DNA of 64,000 bases from Octopus vulgaris (GCA_951406725.2 OX597833.1:8246001-8310000), one strand, 5' to 3'. Numbered from the stretch's first letter, positions 49,844-64,000 are shown. Made by a program: numbers and translations. The notes: a model not told the origin generated them from the letters alone.

Positions 49844-52800
49844 ATGGTTATCTCTATTGGATTTGAAGGAAGTGCCAACAAACTTGGAATTGGTATTATG
49901 AAGAATGACAAAGTTTTAAGCAACCCTCGCCACACCTACGTCACACCTCCTGGTCAAGGTAAGAATTTCACCATTCCACCATGGCCACCCAACCTTATTT
50001 ACTGTTCCTGCTCTCCTCTTGTACCCATTATCATCTGGTTTGGCCAGGTTAGATGCAGGTAACATTTGTACCAATGTTAGTTCTATGATGTTTCTCTGCA
50101 GGTTTTTTGCCACGAGACACAGCCAAGCATCACCAGGAATACATCCTGAAGGTTCTTAACCAAGCGATAGAAGAAGCACAGATTCAACCAAAAGACATTG
50201 ATGTCGTTTGTTATACAAAAGGTAAGTACACCTGTCTGTGTGTGTGTGTGTGTACACATATACACACACACATACACCTGTCTCATTTTCCCCATCTCTC
50301 TCTCTCTCTCTCTCCATCTGATGTAGCCATCTTTCAGTTCTAATCCGAGACACTTCTCTGTTGTCTTTCAGTGTTATTCCTTCACAGTTGAGGGATTTTG
50401 TCCAGAAAGTTATTTGTTGACTTCACTGGTGCTGGTGTCGCATAAAAAGCACCCAGTCCACACTCTGTAAAATGGTTGGCATCAAGAACAGGGTCCAGGC
50501 ATAGAAACCCTACGAAAACAGGCAGCAGGGTTTGGCACTGTCTTCTGACCTGCCAGTTCCCGTTAAACCGTCCTCCCCATGCCAGCATGGAAAATGGACG
50601 TTAAATGATGAGGAGGAGAAGGATGAGGATAATATAAGAGGCCTCTTTCCAATCACAAGGCTTTGGTCAGCCAAGGGCTATAGCAGCAGACTGTTGCCCC
50701 AACGGCCACACTGTAAAACTGAACCCATAGTCATGTGGTTGAGAAGCGAAACCCTTAACCAGACAACCATCCCTGCATATGTGTGTGTGTGTGTGATATC
50801 CTTCCTCTAAGTAATTCAGCAAACATATTGTTTCCATGGTAACACATATAAATTTTCAGATTTTGTTTTCCCTTGTATTTTCAGGTCCTGGAATGGGTGG
50901 ACCTTTGGTGTCCACAGCAATTGTGGCACGCACAGTGGCACAGCTTTGGAAGAAACCTGTTGTGGCAGTTAATCACTGTATTGCTCATATCCTTCTGTTT
51001 GGGGTCTCAAAAGGCTTCATGTATGAGTGGGGAGGGTGTCACATGTAGGTAGTATGGGAGGTGACTTATGGATGTGTCTGTGGGATAAGATGTGTGTGAG
51101 TGTACATAGACGTGTGTGGGTCATATGTTCACCTGTGAAGATCACTTGTATGTGTCTGTGAGGGTTACATGTGTATCTAGGAGTACAGGTATGTGTTTAT
51201 GTCTGAGTAATGTGTGTGTATGTATGTGCCACGGATCGTGTGTGTCTGCACACACACCATAAGGTGGTGATAATTACTGTTATTGTTTTAGCCCAGTTCA
51301 AATCTAATCCTACAAAGCTATGTACAGACATTATCCTGCCATGACCATCTCATCTATTATTCAGATACAACATATCTAGGCCTGCATTTGAAAATATGAT
51401 CAACTTTTTATACTTTTTAAGGCGGTAGCAAATGATTTGAGGGAGATTTGGTTGATATTTTTAGCAAGTCAAATTAGCATGTAAGGGATTTGTTGTTGTT
51501 CCTTTGGTGGTGATGGTGGTGGGTTAGGATGAGCGGGGTTGTGATGGTGATGTTGATTGTAGTGATAATGATAGTGATGATCAAGGCAATGATGATGATG
51601 TATGTTGGTTCCTGTTTTCTGTTCCATTATTGTTGTTGTTGTTGTTGTTCCTTAATTCTTCTTTTTACATATTGAAATGGGTCGCCTGGTGACCGGGGCA
51701 CAGAATCCCACCGTCCTCTATGTTAGTGGAGGAAACACACAGGTAAGACATTCTCTCTCTCTCCCTTTTTTATCTCTGTTTCCCTCTTTCTCTCTGTCTT
51801 CGTCTCCATTTCTCAACACAACCCTGTCTGTCTGTTTGTCCTGCAGGTCATCTCTTATTCCCAGCAGAAATATCGTATCTTTGGGGAAACCATTGACATT
51901 GCAGTCGGAAACTGCCTGGACAGATTTGCCAGGGTTTTAAAGGTAATCCCACTTTCACTTTCACTGCCTTTTTTTTTTCCTTTTTCTTTTTCATCTAATC
52001 TCCTCCATTGCATAAATAGGAACGAATTTGTTGAACTGTGTTTAACAAGTTACATTATATACCGATTACTATATATATATATATATATATATGTAAGGAA
52101 AAATAAGAGAATGGAGATGAAATTGATAATTGATGAACATCAATTATTATTTATTGATTACAAAAAAAGACAATATCTCATCTGACAGCTATTTCTGTTT
52201 ATGTTAAGTAATACACCAGGAATTCATTGGATATAAATATCCCTCAGACGTCTTTTATAACCTCTAATTGAACTCACTTCTCGCTCTCTTTCTATATATA
52301 TATATTCTATATGTGGAGGCGCAATGGCCCAGTGGTTAGGGCAGCGGACTCGCGGTCGGAGGATCGCAGTTTCGATTCCCAGACCGGGCGTTGTGTGTGT
52401 TTATTGAGCGAAAACACCTAAAAGCTCCACGAGGCTCTGGCAGGGTGTGGTAGTGATCCCTGCTGTACTCTTTCGCCACAACTTTCTCTCACTCTTTCTT
52501 CTGTTGGCCAGCTCGCTTAGCCAGCGGGGTGTCGTCATTTGGAGGCTAAAACAATGCGAAGCGCATTGTGACCAGCGATGTGTAGCAACATCTGATAGCC
52601 TGGTCGGTCACGGTGATATATATATATATATGTTGCTACCTTATATTACAGTTGTTCTTGTACATTTGCCCTTACCTGTTATAATTATCCCCTTGTATAT
52701 ATATTTATATATATGCTGCCCCACCTTATCTATCCCAGTCATCTTCATTATATTTCTCCTGCTCTCTGTATTACAGTTATCCAATGATCCCAGTCCTGGC

Positions 52801-54247
52801 TACAACATTGAACAAATGGCCAAAAAGTAAGTATAGATTTATATTGTGACAGATTGGACTGGATAGGACTGGAACAGACTGGATATAACTGGATGTAAGT
52901 AGTCACTAACTGGATGTGACTGGAACTAAAAGAAAACAAGTGGAACAGATAGGATATAACTGGATAGGACTGGACACAAACTGGATGTAACTGGATATGA
53001 GTGGACACAAATTAGATATGTCTGAATGCAGACTGGATGTGACTGGACATGACTGGATATTACTGGATTTAACTGCATCAGACTGGCTACAAGGAGACAA
53101 AGACTGGATGTAACTGGACATGACTAAATACAGCTGGATAAGAGTGAATATCTTTTTGTGTGTGTGTAGGTTTACAATCTGTGGTGAGCTGCACTCCACT
53201 TGATGATGTCACCAGTGATAGCTGGGCAACAATGGGTGACACTTGTTGACATTTTTTGTCAACAAGTCATCTGCAATCTCTGCACTTTCAAATTCCTCTG
53301 GAATTACAAAATCCTTTACTAATAAAAACAGGTGAGGGTGGGTGACAGAAAAACCCTGGCCATTAAAATCCTGCCTCACCCACTCTTCCTCTCAGCCATT
53401 GTGAAAACGGATGTTAAACGGATGACCTGCAATGTTTGTCTGATTATTTTATTTGCAGAGGGAAGAAACTGGCCGAACTGCCTTACACGGTGAAGGGCAT
53501 GGATGTGTCATTCTCTGGTTTACTGTCATACATTGAGGTGAGTCTGTAGCTTTCTGTTTGATTCTTTACTCCCCCACCACCACCATCAAACTTTGTGCCT
53601 TTCTCTATTTTAAACTAAACTTTTGTCATGTTTCAGTAAACTTCATTTTCTTTTTTCTATTTATAGTTTTGCATCGTTTGATTATTAAAGGAAGGGCAGG
53701 ACTAGTGACCTTGTAACCTTTCTTGGGGCTTCCTGACTGGAGTGGGGGAATGGGGTAGGTGGGGGAGAGGAAGTAGTTCTTAAGTTGAACACCTGACTCA
53801 AACGTTTACAACAGACTGGACCCTACTAAAGACTCTAAAAGGAGCAGATGGTTGTGTCAGACCAGGTGAGGACAGATTAAGTCTACCACCCAACAGGACC
53901 GGGCAGTGTGTTGTGTTCTTGAGCAAGACACTTTATTTCACATTGCTCCAGTTCACTCGGCTGTAGAAATGAGCTGCGATGTCACTGGCGCCAAGCTGCA
54001 TTGGCCCCTTTGCCTCTCCCTTGGATAACATCGGTGGTGTGGAGTGGGGAGGCTGGTATGCATGGCCGACTGCTGGTCTTCCATAAAACTAACCTTACCC
54101 AGACTTGTGCTTCGGAGGGTAACTTTCTAGTTGCAATCCCATCATCATTGGATCTTTACTATATATACTTCCTAACTACAATATACATACCTGTGTTGGG
54201 TGTGAAGTCTGTTCATATACATATATACGCACAAATACATGTATATG

Positions 54248-54296
<49 letters not shown>

Positions 54297-56338
54297 AGAG
54301 TTTACAAAAAAAACAAAAGACGAAGACAGCTGGTGTACAAAACAAACAGATGTATTAGTATAACGCTCAGGAATAGAAAAAGTCTTTTACGTTTCGAGCC
54401 TATGCTCTTCTTCAGAAAGTGACACAGAAAAAGCAAGGAGAGAAAAATGTGTGTAGTAGCTAACGATGTATATATATATATATATACACACACACACATA
54501 TACACACATACCTCAGCCTGTTGTTATGTCCATTATTTAGCCTGCATCCTGTTTGTTGTTATATCCGTCCCCTATAATGGTCCCCTGTGATATATTTCAG
54601 GAGAAAGCCCCTCAATGGTTAAAGAATGGTGACTTCACACCGGAAGATCTCTGTTTCTCTCTTCAGGAGACGGTCTTTGCTATGTTGGTGGAGATTACTG
54701 GTAAGTGTGTATAGTTGAGTCTCTCATCCCCTGGCGTATGACTGGTTGGCGGGGACGGTAACGGTTGAGTGTAGAATGGTTTGGGTGATCCATGTTGGAG
54801 ATTTTACTTTAGGCATGGATGCATGGTTAAAAAGTTTGCTTCCCAAGTTCATAGTTTTGAGTTCAATTCCACTGCATGGCACCATGGGAAAGTGTCTTTT
54901 ACTACAACCCCAGGTTAGATTTGGTGGACAGGACAGGAAGTGAAAGACACCTGTTGTGTGTGTGTGTGTCCTTGTTAGATGCTGGTGGTAAATCGAGTGT
55001 CACAGTTGTACAAATGGTATCATTCATTCCTAGTCTTCTGTGAAAACATAGGATTGGGGTCCCATTTAAGGGCCCTCTTCACATTCATTCAGCTTCCTCA
55101 ATGCTGGATTAAAATGGGAGTTACGAAGATGTTACTCATGGCTGCTATTTCTAGCAGCCATGTCTTCAAGCTTTAGTTTTACTTTCTTAAAAATAGCTGA
55201 TTGTTTCCCTACACAATGAAGAAGTGTATTCTCCCCCAGCAAACTTCCAATTTTATTGGAGCCAGAGGCCACATGTTTGAAATGGTAAATCCCAGGATAT
55301 CAAACTGTAAACTAAAGTTGGGGTAGCCATGGTTCTCTGCTTTTCATTAACCAACCACCTCTGTTAACAACAACAACTATTTATAGTAATCTGGTTTCTA
55401 AGGGGTTAACATTTAAATCACTTTGTCTTAGTTATCCTAATTGTCCCCAACTCTATTTACTGATGTTTTGTTTATTCTTATTTTTATTTTTATTTTGTAT
55501 TTTATGTTTCTTCAAATGTTTCGGGTGTGTTTTATGTCCCACAGAACGTGCCATGGCCCATTGCAACTCCAACGAAGTCCTTATTGTTGGTGGTGTTGGC
55601 TGTAAGTATTTCACCTTTTTTGCTACCCTTTCTCATGGAATGTCTTCTTGTCTTCCAATCCTGCTCTTCACCGTTTTGCAGGCTCAGCAAGTTCAGTCTT
55701 AGATTTCGGAGCAGGCAGGGGTGGTGTTGTTAAGAAGTTTGCTTACCAACCATGTGGTTCCATGTTTAGTCTCACTACATGGCTCATTGGGCAAATGTCT
55801 TCTAATGTGGCCCCTGGTCAACCACAGCAGTGAGTGTGGATTTGGGAGAGAAAAACTGAAAGACTGTCATGTGTGTGTGTGTTTCCTTGTCTTGACGTCG
55901 CATGATGGTTGTGAATGAGTGCCACCATCATACCAGCAGAGTCATTCGTCTGCAGTATTCCAGGGAAACCATGTCTGGCCATGACAAAATATGACCTTGC
56001 TTGGAAACGTGAGGTTTAGCAACAGGAAAGGCATCTGGTGTGTAGAAAGTCTGTCTCAATGAATTCCAACTGACCTGTACACACATGGAAAAGTGGAGGT
56101 TAAAGCAATGGTGATGATGGTGATGGTGATGATGGTGGTGATGATGATGATGATGATGATGATGGTGATGATGTTTATGATGTTGATGATGATGATAATG
56201 GTGATGATGATGGTGGTGGTGATGGTGATGATGATGATGGTGATGATGATGATGATGATGATGATGATGGTGGTGGTGATGATGATGTTTATGATGTTGA
56301 TGATGATGATGATGATGGTGATGATGATGTTTATGATG

Positions 56339-56369
<31 letters not shown>

Positions 56370-56533
56370 TGGTGGTGATGGTGATGATGATGATGATGAT
56401 GATGGTGATGATGATGTTTATGATGTTGATGATGATGATAATGGTGATGATGATGATGATGATGATGATGGTGATGATGGTGATGATGATGTTTATGATG
56501 TTGATGATGATGATAATGGTGATGGTGATGGTG

Positions 56534-56565
<32 letters not shown>

Positions 56566-57245
56566 GATGGTGATGATGATGTTCATGATGATGATGATGA
56601 TGATAATGATGATGATGGTGTGTGCATGGGTTTGTTTTCCCCTCTTTGTTTTGACATTGTTTAAAGTAAAAAAATTTTCCGCTCTTTAGTTATTTCATTG
56701 TGTGAAAGGAAAGACCAATGGATTAAGCGATGGGTTGACGGCAGGAAGGACATCTGGTCTCATCTAACCCATGCTAACATGAACAAAACAGATGTAAAAA
56801 CGTTTGGGTGGCAGTGCTGGTGACGTCAGTGATGGTCGACTGATGATTCTTTTGTAGTCTGTATTTCAATGTTACCAAAAATGTCTTCCTGCCTTTTATT
56901 TTTCCTTTTTTTTCTTTTCTTAAAAATCTCTGTCAGGCAATGAACATTTACAAAAGATGATGGGTCAAATGGCTGAAGAGAGAGGGGCCAAATTATTTGC
57001 AACAGATGAGCGGTAAGTCCTGCATTGGTCACCTCCAACCAATTGCTGACCAGTTGTTCTCACTTTTATAATATCTCAAACATGGGAAGGGATGTGACTG
57101 GGTGCTTTAGAAGTTCACTTCCCAACCACATGGTTCCAGGTTCAGTCCCACTGTGTGGAACCTTGGGCAAGTGGCTTCTACTAAAATCTCAGGCCAACCA
57201 AAACCTTGTGTTTGTGTGTGTGCACATATATGTGTATGTATGCAT

Positions 57246-57289
<44 letters not shown>

Positions 57290-60050
57290 AATGTATGTGT
57301 ATATTTTCAATGTGTGCAAATAACATGGAAAAATTAAAAAATAGTTACCAGGGTAGCAAAAATTCACTTAAGTGCCAAGAATATTACAGCCTACTTATAA
57401 AGGTAGAAATTCCAGGGTTAAGTGAAATGGTTGTGTATAACATAGATAAATTAAGAAATGGAGTCAAATGCAGGTGTTGTTCAAATCTTTATATTTCCAA
57501 CATATGTTTCAAAGAAAACATTGATATTATTCCGGAGGGAATAAAATGATGTAAAATAATCTTGTCAGGTAAAAAAAAGAGAAATAAAACACATCAATAA
57601 GCCATTTTAACTAAATGTGATTACCACGTATATGATGATGGGGAATGCTGGCAAGTTATTTTTTTAAAAACTGTTAATAGATTTAATGTCAAAGGCAATT
57701 TAGAGAAAAACATATGAAATAAAAGATCCTTTATTCGGAAAGCTGATAAAGTTTAGTGACGGGAAGGGCATCCAGCTGTAAAACCATGACACATTAATAT
57801 ATACTCATCTAACCCATGCCAACATGGAAAAACAGACGTACAACAAAGAAACAAACATTTGAGTTGTTATTTTATGCATTTGTAGCAACATATAAGATGG
57901 CTGAGTGGGTATGGTATGAGGCTATTAACCTAGAGGTATTGGGTTCAAACTCACTGCAGATATTTCACTGTGGTTCACATACAATGTAGTTCTCAGTCCC
58001 TCAGGTAATATGGCTGTTGAATAAATATAACAGGGAATGTAATGCTGTGTTGGTGACTTATCCAGGAGAGTTCTATCTGCATCCTCCTCCTCATCATTGT
58101 CGTCATCTTTTTAGCATTGACTTTTCCATGCTTGCATGGGTCAGATGGAGTTTCTTGTGATGGATTTCCTATGGTCAGATGCTCTTCCTGTCACCAGCCT
58201 TCACTCATTTCCAAGCAAGACAGTATTTCTCCATGGTCAGACCAGACATGTTTTCATGGAAGATTGGAAATGAATGACACTGGTTGTATGACAGTGACAC
58301 TCATTTACAATTTCCACTCCATCTCAACACACACACATTAAATACATGGCAGGATTCTTTCAGTTTTCATCTACCAAATCTGAACTCAATGTGTTAGGGG
58401 CATAAAGCAGAAGAAACTTGCCCAAGGATTGAAACCAAAAGCATGAGTTTAAGAAGCAAACATCTTAACTCCACAGCCACACTTGTCTCTCATCCATTTG
58501 TACGAAAGCAAATGAGAGACCCAGGGATTGCAAGAACATCTCACATTTTGGTCCATTCTGCTAAACAGAACCCATTACAAAATTGACCGTTCCTCTTGGA
58601 CATTCCTCAGTCTTCAGGTTTCTAAATCTTAATGCCAGAATTCCAATTCTTCTTCAGGTTCTGTATTGACAATGGTGCCATGATAGCTTATGCTGGTTTA
58701 CTGATGTACAAGAATGGTTACACCACCCCACTAAAAGACACAGGTTGCACCCAGAGGTATTATTATTGTTGTTACTACTACTACTACTGCTGCTGTTGTT
58801 GTTGTTGTTAAGCAACAAGACGGGTAAGGGTGGTTAGGTGATGGTTTAGGGCTTAGGAGCAGGGGACCCCAGACCTTGGAAAAAAAAAAAACTTTGGCCG
58901 TCTTGTTATAGTCGAGGGCTCTTGGTTGACGCCCAACACCACTGGGAGGTGGCTCTCGAAGTCGCTGGAAATGGAGATCTCCAGGTCCAAATCCTTGGAC
59001 GACTGCTGCTACTACTACTACTACTACTACTATTTAAGGTAGCAAACTGGCAGAATCATTAGCATGCTGGATAAAATGCTTTGCAGCCTTTCTTCCTTCT
59101 TTATGTTCTGAGTTCAAATTCCACCAAGGCTGACCTAACCATTCGTCCTTTCAGAGTTGATGAAATGATTACCACTAAAATAATGAGGTTGATGTAACCA
59201 ACTAACTTTCCTTCCCACAAAGATTTCAGGCTTTGTTCCTGTTGTAGAAAGGAGTATTATTAGGTTTTTTTATTTTGCTGTGTCTTGTGAGGGTCATAAT
59301 GCCAATATTAATAAACACACACACTGGTTCAATATCACTTCTTCATTGTTTGTCAATTGGTTAAATATACAACCAACTAACTAATCAATCTTTTGTTTAA
59401 TGTATTGGTTAATCAAGCATTTGGTTGTTTATTCAACATGTCAAGAATCTTGCAAAGCAAAAACGAAATGATTTGGTTTGACTCAGGTTCAGTCTTATTC
59501 CTGACAAGATTTATGTGGGTAACGGGTTACCCCCTGTAACCTTAGGTATCCACAAGTTTTCAGTAGTCTTTCAAGTGCTTAGAACCTTCCTAATAATCCT
59601 TGCTGTCCCTAAAAGACAAACTTTCTGTGGGAACTCTACCAGGCATTCTGTTCCAAACTCCTTCAGCCATATTATTATTATTATTATTATTATTACGAAG
59701 GTGGTAAGCTGGTCAAATCGTCAGCATTCCAGGTGAAGTGCTAAGTGGTATTTCGCTAAGTGGTCGCTATGTTCTGAGTTCAAATTCAACTGAGGTTGAC
59801 TTTGCCTTTCATCCTTTCGGGGTCGATAAAATAAGTACCAGTGAAACGCTGGGGGTCAATGTAATCGACTTGTCCCCTTCCCCCAAATTTCAGGCCGTGT
59901 GCCTTTAGTAGAAAGGATTATTATTAAGGCTACAACTCCAAAACCGTCAGCATGTTGGAATAAAAGCTGATTCCACTTTCTTTGATGCCATTCTTGTATT
60001 GTCTTTGCAGATATCGAACGGATGAAGTTCATGTCACTTGGAGGAATTAA
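49844..60050 (+). CDS. OSGEP: tRNA N6-adenosine threonylcarbamoyltransferase (KEOPS Kae1/OSGEP), 12 coding exons, 335 aa
   Basis: Exons: 49844-49958, 50102-50221, 50885-50986, 51669-51742, 51847-51942, 52777-52826, 53459-53537, 54601-54700, 55545-55601, 56937-57012, 58658-58756, 60011-60050 (1008 nt). Motifs: [82 protein letters not shown]. Confidence 0.96.
50987..51668 (+). other. U12-type (minor spliceosome) AT-AC intron in OSGEP
   Basis: 5' end ATATCCTT at 50987, branch-point TTCCTTAAT at 51648-51656, 3' end TTTTAC at 51668. Removing it restores GCT C|AT ATT GAA ATG (AHIEM). No GT-AG alternative exists at this position. Confidence 0.95.
52315..52617 (+). mobile_element. tRNA-derived SINE
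   Basis: A box tggcccagtgg, B box gtttcgattcc. Flanked by (TA)n. Confidence 0.8.
52845..53140 (+). repeat. Degenerate 10-bp minisatellite (actggatRtR)
   Basis: Repeated actggatagg/actggatata/actggatgta units just after the OSGEP exon 6 donor. Confidence 0.8.
54384..54419 (-). ncRNA. Minimal hammerhead-ribozyme-like motif in a Penelope-like repeat remnant
   Basis: Minus strand: cttt-CTGAAGA-a-GAGC atag GCTC-GAAA-CG-TA-aaag. Confidence 0.5.
56108..56620 (+). repeat. Roughly 510-bp (ATG/GTG)n microsatellite with higher-order repeats
   Basis: The recurring variant tgtttatgatgttgatg. It generates the spurious poly-M and poly-I ORFs. Confidence 0.9.
59500..59665 (-). mobile_element. 3' fragment of an R4/Dong-like non-LTR retrotransposon
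   Basis: Minus strand reads [30 protein letters not shown]. Adjacent to (TTA)n. Confidence 0.55.
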
Positions 60051-60107
60051 CAATTAATGAGGCATAATTAACAAGTTTTATTATTTTTATTGTTTTCTAA
60101 TTAAATG

Positions 60108-60113
60108 AATAAA
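60108..60113 (+). promoter_or_regulatory. Polyadenylation signal of OSGEP
   Basis: AATAAA 58 nt after the TAA stop, followed by a T/GT-rich tract. Confidence 0.65.
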
Positions 60114-60366
60114 AAACAAATATTGTTTTGTTATTGTTTATTGCAAATATTTGAGAATATTCCAGAAATGTGACCTTTTGAGGTCTTGGCAGAATTGATG
60201 TAGAGTCACAGCGTCAGACAGACCCCTCTCTTAGGAACTGGTTGATAAAACTTTTCTGTCGAGACATGTTGACCTTGGGATGGAAATCTATGTGGATTGG
60301 TGAACACACACACACAATCACACACACACACACACACATACACACACATACACACACACACATACA

Positions 60367-60406
<40 letters not shown>

Positions 60407-61101
60407 CAGCTCCTATCATTGGCAGAGCTGGGGAAGGCAGTGGTTTGCCTAGCTCATTTATCATCTACATACATACATACATATATACATACATACATAC
60501 ATATATATGTATACACGTATGCACACGCCCATACACACACACACACACCTACACAACTAGAGTAAAGAAATGATCAACTTACCTGTATTTTCTTTAGACG
60601 TACCTGTGTATATAGACTCGTGTAACCTCACTTCTAACAACAACACTCGCTGTTTGATATGTATAAGGTGTGTGTGTGTGTGTGTATACTATATAAACAT
60701 ATACATGCAGACACACACACAGTGACATAGATACATGCATGTGTGTGAGTGTATGTAAATGTATGTACGCACCTGTGAATATATGTATATAAATACATAC
60801 GCACAGGTATTCAATTTACGTCAATAACCATTTCCTTTGGTTGTTTGTTATTTTCATTGATTGTTGGGAAGAGGGAGAGTGGGAGGATAATAAAGGAAGA
60901 GAAAGAGATGTGGTGGTGGTGAGGGTTGGCCATTAACGGAGGTTCGGTGTCCTTGTCCGTTTGCTATTCTGTCGAAAAGATCTAACAAGTTTGTCTTTAC
61001 AATTTGTTGACAAATTATTTTTTACCGTTTTACAAGCTTTCCTGTCACGTTGTGCACCAGGTCCCACCACAACACTGCGAAGAAATGAATAACAACGACC
61101 C

Positions 61102-61136
<35 letters not shown>

Positions 61137-61139
61137 CAT

Positions 61140-61550
61140 TAAGGTGGCGAAATGTTAAACGGTATTTCATTTGAGTTCAAATTCCGCCGGAGTCGACTTT
61201 GCCTTTCATCCTTTCGGGGTCGATAAATTAAGTGCCAGTGAAACACTGGGGTCGATGTAATCGACTCATCCCTTCCCCTAAAATTGCTGCCCTTGTGGCA
61301 AAATTTGACACCATTATTATTAAGGTGGCGAACTGGCAGAATCGTTAGCGCGTCGGACAAAATGCTTAGCGGTGTTTCGTTCGCCTTTACTTTCCGAGTT
61401 CAAATGTTGCCGACGTCGACTTTGCCTTTCATCCCTTTCGGGATCGATAAAATAAGTACCAGTTGAGTACTGGGGCCAATATAATCGACTGTCCCCTCCC
61501 CTCAAAAATTGCTGACCTTGTGCCAGAATTTGAAGTCAATATTATTATTA
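61140..61550 (+). mobile_element. Two tandem copies of a short retroposon with conserved ttcatcctttcggggtcgataaaataagtaccag core and (TTA)n tail
   Basis: Further copies at about 17627-17820, 21370-21585 (-), 31080-31290 (-), 34910-35120, 59035-59260, 59700-59915 and 63810-64000 (-). Confidence 0.7.
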
Positions 61551-62959
61551 TTATTATCATTATTACGGTGTCCAACGGGCAGAACCGAAAGCATGCTGAG
61601 CAAAATGTTTGGCGGCATTTCGCCCGCCATTACGTTCTGAGTTCAAATTCCACCGACCCTGTCGTGCATCATTTCGGATTAAAGAAGTACCAGCTGGGGT
61701 TGGTACTTGGATGTTGAATGTTTCCCACGATAATTAACAACCAAGTATCAACGCTTATAATGTGAGACCTCTCGGCTGCTGTCGTCTGCTCTCACAGAAT
61801 CTACTACAACAAACAAGACCGAGCCTCCTGAGAAGTAAAACAGTAATAATTTGACAAATAAATGGCGGTGCTCCCACTGATACTTTTTTCATCGACCCCG
61901 AAAAAGATGAAAGGAAAAGTTGACGCCGGCGGAATTTGAATTCATAACGTACAGACGGACGAATACCACTAAATAGTTTGCCCGACTTGCTAACGATTTT
62001 TCCAGCTCCCCACCTTTATAAGAATAATCGTTTCTTCTATAGAAATATGTTCAACGGTGTTGGGATAAAGTCTGCCTTGGTTTCACTACGGAATCTTGCA
62101 TGGCGTCTTCACTCGGGGAAATAATACAAGAAACAGACTTTGGAAAATAACAACGAGACTTTATTCCTCCATTCAATAATAGAGTGGACCAAATAAACAC
62201 ATCACGAATTCATCGATCGTTTGGATAATTCAGCCCTGGCCGTCGTGGCCCCAGACGTTAGATTCGGAGATCTTAACCCAATCACTTTCTGCAATCTGAG
62301 TTTTCTAAAACCACTCTCAAGCATTTTTAGGTTCTGCCGAACCATGACGGACCCCAGATTCCTAGGGCCGTGATCTTTCAAATGTTGATAGTCCACAGAT
62401 GTGGTATTTATCAACTATCACACCTAAAGAGGCTCCAGGTGCTAAATCCCTCCGCCCTTGACCTCCATCGCAATCACCAAAATATTTGAATCTTTCGCTG
62501 TCAGGATTAGCGTTAATCCAACTAATCTATGATTATTATTCCGGATCACCGTAAAATTTAAAGATTCGATGTGGGAGGATTCTTTGCAAGGAACTTTCAG
62601 TTTTTCGAGTCCACTCTTGCCCCCTTGATTCTGTCCTTATTGGTTTCCAACCCATCCCCAATAGCTGTCTTCCCTCTCCATCAAGGGTGACCCTAGTCAT
62701 AGTCTCTGGTCTTGAGATATTCGGGTGTCATTAAGATGCGAGTGTTCATATAGATCCCATCTGAGCACATTGTAGGTCAACCCTTACATTCACCATAGGG
62801 TGTTGCGGTCATGTAACAACATTCTAAGGGTCCGTCCCGCCTGCCAATATACTGCGAAACATGCTTGTGGCCAGGAATGCGGGTCACCACCTCCACTTGC
62901 CCCTTCGTCTCTGGTCTTCAAAAGTTTGCTCACGTTTCCATATGTTCTGCCCTAGTTGA

Positions 62960-63740
<781 letters not shown>

Positions 63741-64000
63741 ATGGTTTGTAACAGGCAAAAGGTCACAAATAAATAAATGATAATAATGATTTCTTTTAAT
63801 AATAATCATTTCTACTATAGGCACAAGGCCTGAAATTTGGACGACGGAGACTGGACGATTACATCGACCCCAGTGTCTCACTGGTACTTAATTTATCGAT
63901 CCCGAAAGGATGAAAGGCAAAGTCAACCCCAGCAGAATTTCAACTCAGAACGTAACGGCAGACGAAATACCGCTAAGCATTTCGCCCGGCGTGCTAACGA

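Noticed and set aside
52315-52390. tRNA gene
   Set aside because: The tRNA-like head continues into a SINE body present in several copies, with no proper acceptor stem or poly-T terminator.
56056-56689. Poly-Met (198 aa) and poly-Ile (176 aa) ORFs
   Set aside because: Translations of an intronic (ATG)n microsatellite inside OSGEP.
62100-62950. GC-richer unique segment, possible retroelement ORF
   Set aside because: No recognisable RT, endonuclease or gag motif in any frame that I could read.

Overview
Intron-rich, microsatellite- and retroposon-dense animal genomic DNA. The repeat families suggest a coleoid cephalopod (Octopus-like); that is an inference. Nearly all ORFs in the supplied track are spurious. 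I assembled three complete spliced genes by hand: DPM3 (minus strand, 5 coding exons, 96 aa, 6032-16075), mitochondrial leucyl-tRNA synthetase LARS2 (minus, 24 coding exons, about 885 aa, 19711-45345) and the KEOPS t6A synthase OSGEP/Kae1 (plus, 12 coding exons, 335 aa, 49844-60050). OSGEP lies head-to-head with LARS2. The most notable observations are four. (1) A U12-type AT-AC minor-spliceosome intron splits the metal-binding HxxxH motif of OSGEP. (2) An inverted copy of the LARS2 exon-14/intron-14 junction sits in intron 3 and could pair within the pre-mRNA (ADAR-editing or circRNA geometry). (3) Several minimal hammerhead-ribozyme-like motifs occur in Penelope-like repeat remnants. (4) A mariner/Tigger chimeric transposon remnant lies in the first LARS2 coding intron.
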